Shown piece after piece: positions 47,305-49,563 of a stretch of 49,563 nucleotides of DNA. Position numbers and translations under genes: made by a program. Every line of letters starts with the position of its first letter. The first letter of the stretch is position 1. This stretch comes from Lama guanicoe (taxonomy: Eukaryota). Location: the NCBI GenBank assembly GCA_013239625.1, contig MU054117.1, positions 3,100,011 to 3,149,573 on the forward strand. The letters are read 5' to 3'. The notes under the pieces are model-generated. The model was given only the letters and a program-made list of their open reading frames with translations. It did not search any database and was not told where the DNA came from.

Positions 47305-47914
47305 TGAGGCAGGAGGGAAGGGGACAGGGCACAACCACTGAAAGAATGACACAGCAGTTGAGAATAGGACATAAACTGGTTAAAACCCCGACTAGGCTCA
47401 AGATGGCAAAAGATCAACTCCCAGTGGACCTGGAGGCCCAAGATGGTGGAAGATTTGACCTCCAGGAGACCTTGAGCTTCATAATGTGTTCATTGTCACG
47501 TATTAGCAGTATTGGCATAGTAAACGGCCCTCCCACAGGCCCCATGGTAGCTCCCAGGCTGACCATAAAAGGTCAAAAGTGGGCGGGGCCCAGTTCCTGG
47601 GAATCCCAGCCCCTCCCTCAAAGTAGCTGGAATAACCCTCCCACTCATTAGCATATAAAATAACTGAGGCCGGTAAAAAACAAGCCCCCCCCACCCCCCG
47701 CACCTCGTGGTTGCTCTCTGGCCTTCGGAGACGGTCTGCTCTCGGTCTATGGAGTGTGCACCTCTCTGAATAAATCTACTTTTACTCAACTATGGCTCAC
47801 TCTTGAATTCTTTCCTGCCCAAAGCCAAGGACCCTGAATTGATGGGGCGAGTCTCAGGGTTGCGCCTGGAACCTGGGACATGGCAATCCTCTCCCGCCCC
47901 ATTTTCCTGTATCA
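47305..47914 (+). mobile_element. MER41-like ERV1 LTR, copy 2 (solo)
   Basis: TG...CA termini (TGAGGCAGGAGGGAAG ... TTTTCCTGTATCA). GC box 47581, TTCCTGGGAA 47594, TATAAAA 47654, AATAAA 47769. CTTGAATTCTTTCCTGCCCAAAGCCAAGGACCC is a MER41-type U5. Confidence 0.9.
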
Positions 47915-48019
47915 CTTTTCTGTGGTTTGGGGACCTGTTCCCTTGCCATTTCTCAGCAGGGCTACCTCCAGCCCTGGCCCAGTTATAGCTCAGGCAATCA
48001 CTGTGCCACAGCTGTGTCC

Positions 48020-48245
48020 CCACCCAGATCGTGAGTTCCAGGAGGCAAGGGTCGTGTCCCATACCTGCCTCGTGTCCTCCAGGGCTGTGCACAGCACGGG
48101 CTGAATGGTTGCCCAATGGGTCTCTCCTCCAGAGACCAGAAGGGTCTGTGGCGCCAGGCTCTGTGTTCAAAGGCAGGGAAACACAGATGTTAACCCACCT
48201 CCTCATCTGGTGAATGGAGGAAGAGGAGAAAGAATGAATGGAAGC
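48020..48245 (+). mobile_element. L2 3' fragment
   Basis: CCAGATCGTGAGTTCCAGGAGGCAAGGGTCGTGTC...GCACAGCACGGG...GAATGAATGG. Confidence 0.6.
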
Positions 48246-49474
48246 TAGGAAGGGCCAGCCCCCTCTGCTCACTGCTTTACTGACGTCGTCGATAGCATAG
48301 AGTCAGCCCCCCAGATACCTGCTGTCTCTTTGGCATAGACTCGAGTCAGGCCCACATGCTGGGCTATGTTGGCTGCTGGTAAGTGGCTGCTGCCGGAGCC
48401 TCAGAACCATGAAAAAGTGCTACCTCTACAGAAAAGGGGATGCACCGCCCTGCTACACACACTGCAGGCAGGGAGGTCCCAGAGCCATTCGCATCCTCTC
48501 ACCTAGACTCCCCCGGGACCCAGGACTGCCAGGAGCTGAGGGTGTCCAGAGGCAGGGCGAGCTGGGCTGGTCCCGGGTGTGAGGCTCACCGGTCCTGGAG
48601 GCAGCGCACTGAGGAGACACTGAGACTCCCTCCACGGGGAGCCCGCCAGTGGAGCGCAGGGCTCAGCCGCCCAAACATCTCCCTTCTCGGGTGGAGACAT
48701 ACCGTACCAGAGTCCGCGGAAGGGTTCCATGAGCACGCTGGCTAAAAAGGGAGCTTTGTGAAGTAATGCACACATTTTCTCGGGCAGACCAGGCTCATTT
48801 CGTACGGGGTTAACCACAGGGAGCTGGTGAGACGTTCCCTCTTCAGTGGAAATACCACAGACTGAGGCTGTGTGTGTGAGAGGGGCGGGGGGACAGGGAA
48901 ACTGAAAGTGGATCAGGCCGGGGCCTTTCTGGGGCCCACAGGAAGGACGAGCAGAGAGACAGGACCGCCCCGAGCAGGGACTGGCGGGACTCCCGGGAGT
49001 CGGGTCTACACAAGCGCCAGGTGACACGGACCCACCAGCTCTGCCTGCGAGGCTCCATAGCGCAGGCTCTGAAATGTCTCCGTGTCACCTCCAAGGGGCG
49101 TCAAAGGACCAGGAGCACTCCCTGTCCTGGAAGCCAGTTCTAGGAAAAGGCCGAGGTCCCCGTCCAAAGGGCCCGTGGAGGCAAGGACGTACGGTGACCA
49201 GTTCCCAAGCAGCGGGACGGTGAGAGAGGATACAGGTACATTGTAGCCTTTCAGCCCTGGGATCCCGCTGGGTGGCCAGGTTCCAGAGGGAATGGGAACC
49301 AGTACAAGCACACACAGACCACGTCTGGTACAACGTCAGTCAGTATGGAAAGGGCTGAGTTTCACACTCTCACATGCACTTTTTACTGGGAAAAAATGGG
49401 GAAAAAATGAGAAACTGAGCTTTGACGATAGACCAGTATTGATGAACTCTCTTCAGTTTGATGGCTTCCTGTTT

Positions 49475-49563
49475 TTCCCCACCAGGATCATCTCTTCCCC
49501 ACCCGCATCTTCTCTTCCCCACCAGCATCTTCTCTTCCCCACCCGCATCTTCTCTTCCACACC
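49475..49563 (+). repeat. 20-bp minisatellite (ACC[A/C]GCATCTTCTCTTCCCC)n, running off the window end
   Basis: Units start at 49481, 49501, 49521, 49541 and 49561; at least 4 copies. Confidence 0.92.

Noticed and set aside
36935..47914. The two LTRs as ends of one provirus, or as breakpoints of an inversion
   Set aside because: They are in opposite orientation, differ structurally and enclose no gag/pol/env or primer-binding site. The 4-bp flanks (AAGA/CAGC and TGAG/CTTT) do not show the swapped-TSD pattern an inversion would leave.
49475..49563. CRISPR-like interpretation of the terminal repeat
   Set aside because: The units are head-to-tail with no unique spacers, the context is mammalian and there are no cas genes.

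Overview
Mammalian genomic DNA that is GC-rich and non-coding (intergenic or intronic). It is very probably from a camelid (alpaca, vicuna, llama or camel), because it carries six copies of a tRNA-Ala-derived SINE of the Vic-1 type plus artiodactyl/camelid-style LINE-1 3' ends. I recognise no host protein-coding exon; the only ORFs with recognisable protein similarity are LINE-1 ORF2 C-terminal remnants. The window is a mosaic of MIR, L2, L1, SINE, MER58B/MER5 DNA transposons and LTRs (MaLR, LTR33, LTR16-like, and two MER41-like LTRs), with CpG-rich unique DNA between them and a 20-bp minisatellite at the right end. Repeat family names come from my recall of consensus sequences, not from a database search, and old-repeat boundaries are approximate. 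The best leads are: (1) a chain of five same-orientation nuclear-receptor half-sites at 51-93, including a perfect DR5 and a perfect DR2 retinoic-acid-response-type element; (2) a TSD-flanked chimeric retro-insertion at 24.5-25.1 kb that fuses L1 sequence to a non-L1 polyadenylated 3' end; (3) one-way AT-to-GC substitution in an L1 copy, suggesting GC-biased gene conversion; (4) two MER41-like LTRs retaining a STAT-type palindrome; (5) a CTCF site, Z-DNA tract and dense TF motif cluster at 26.8-27.4 kb. The sequence alone does not prove any new biological system.
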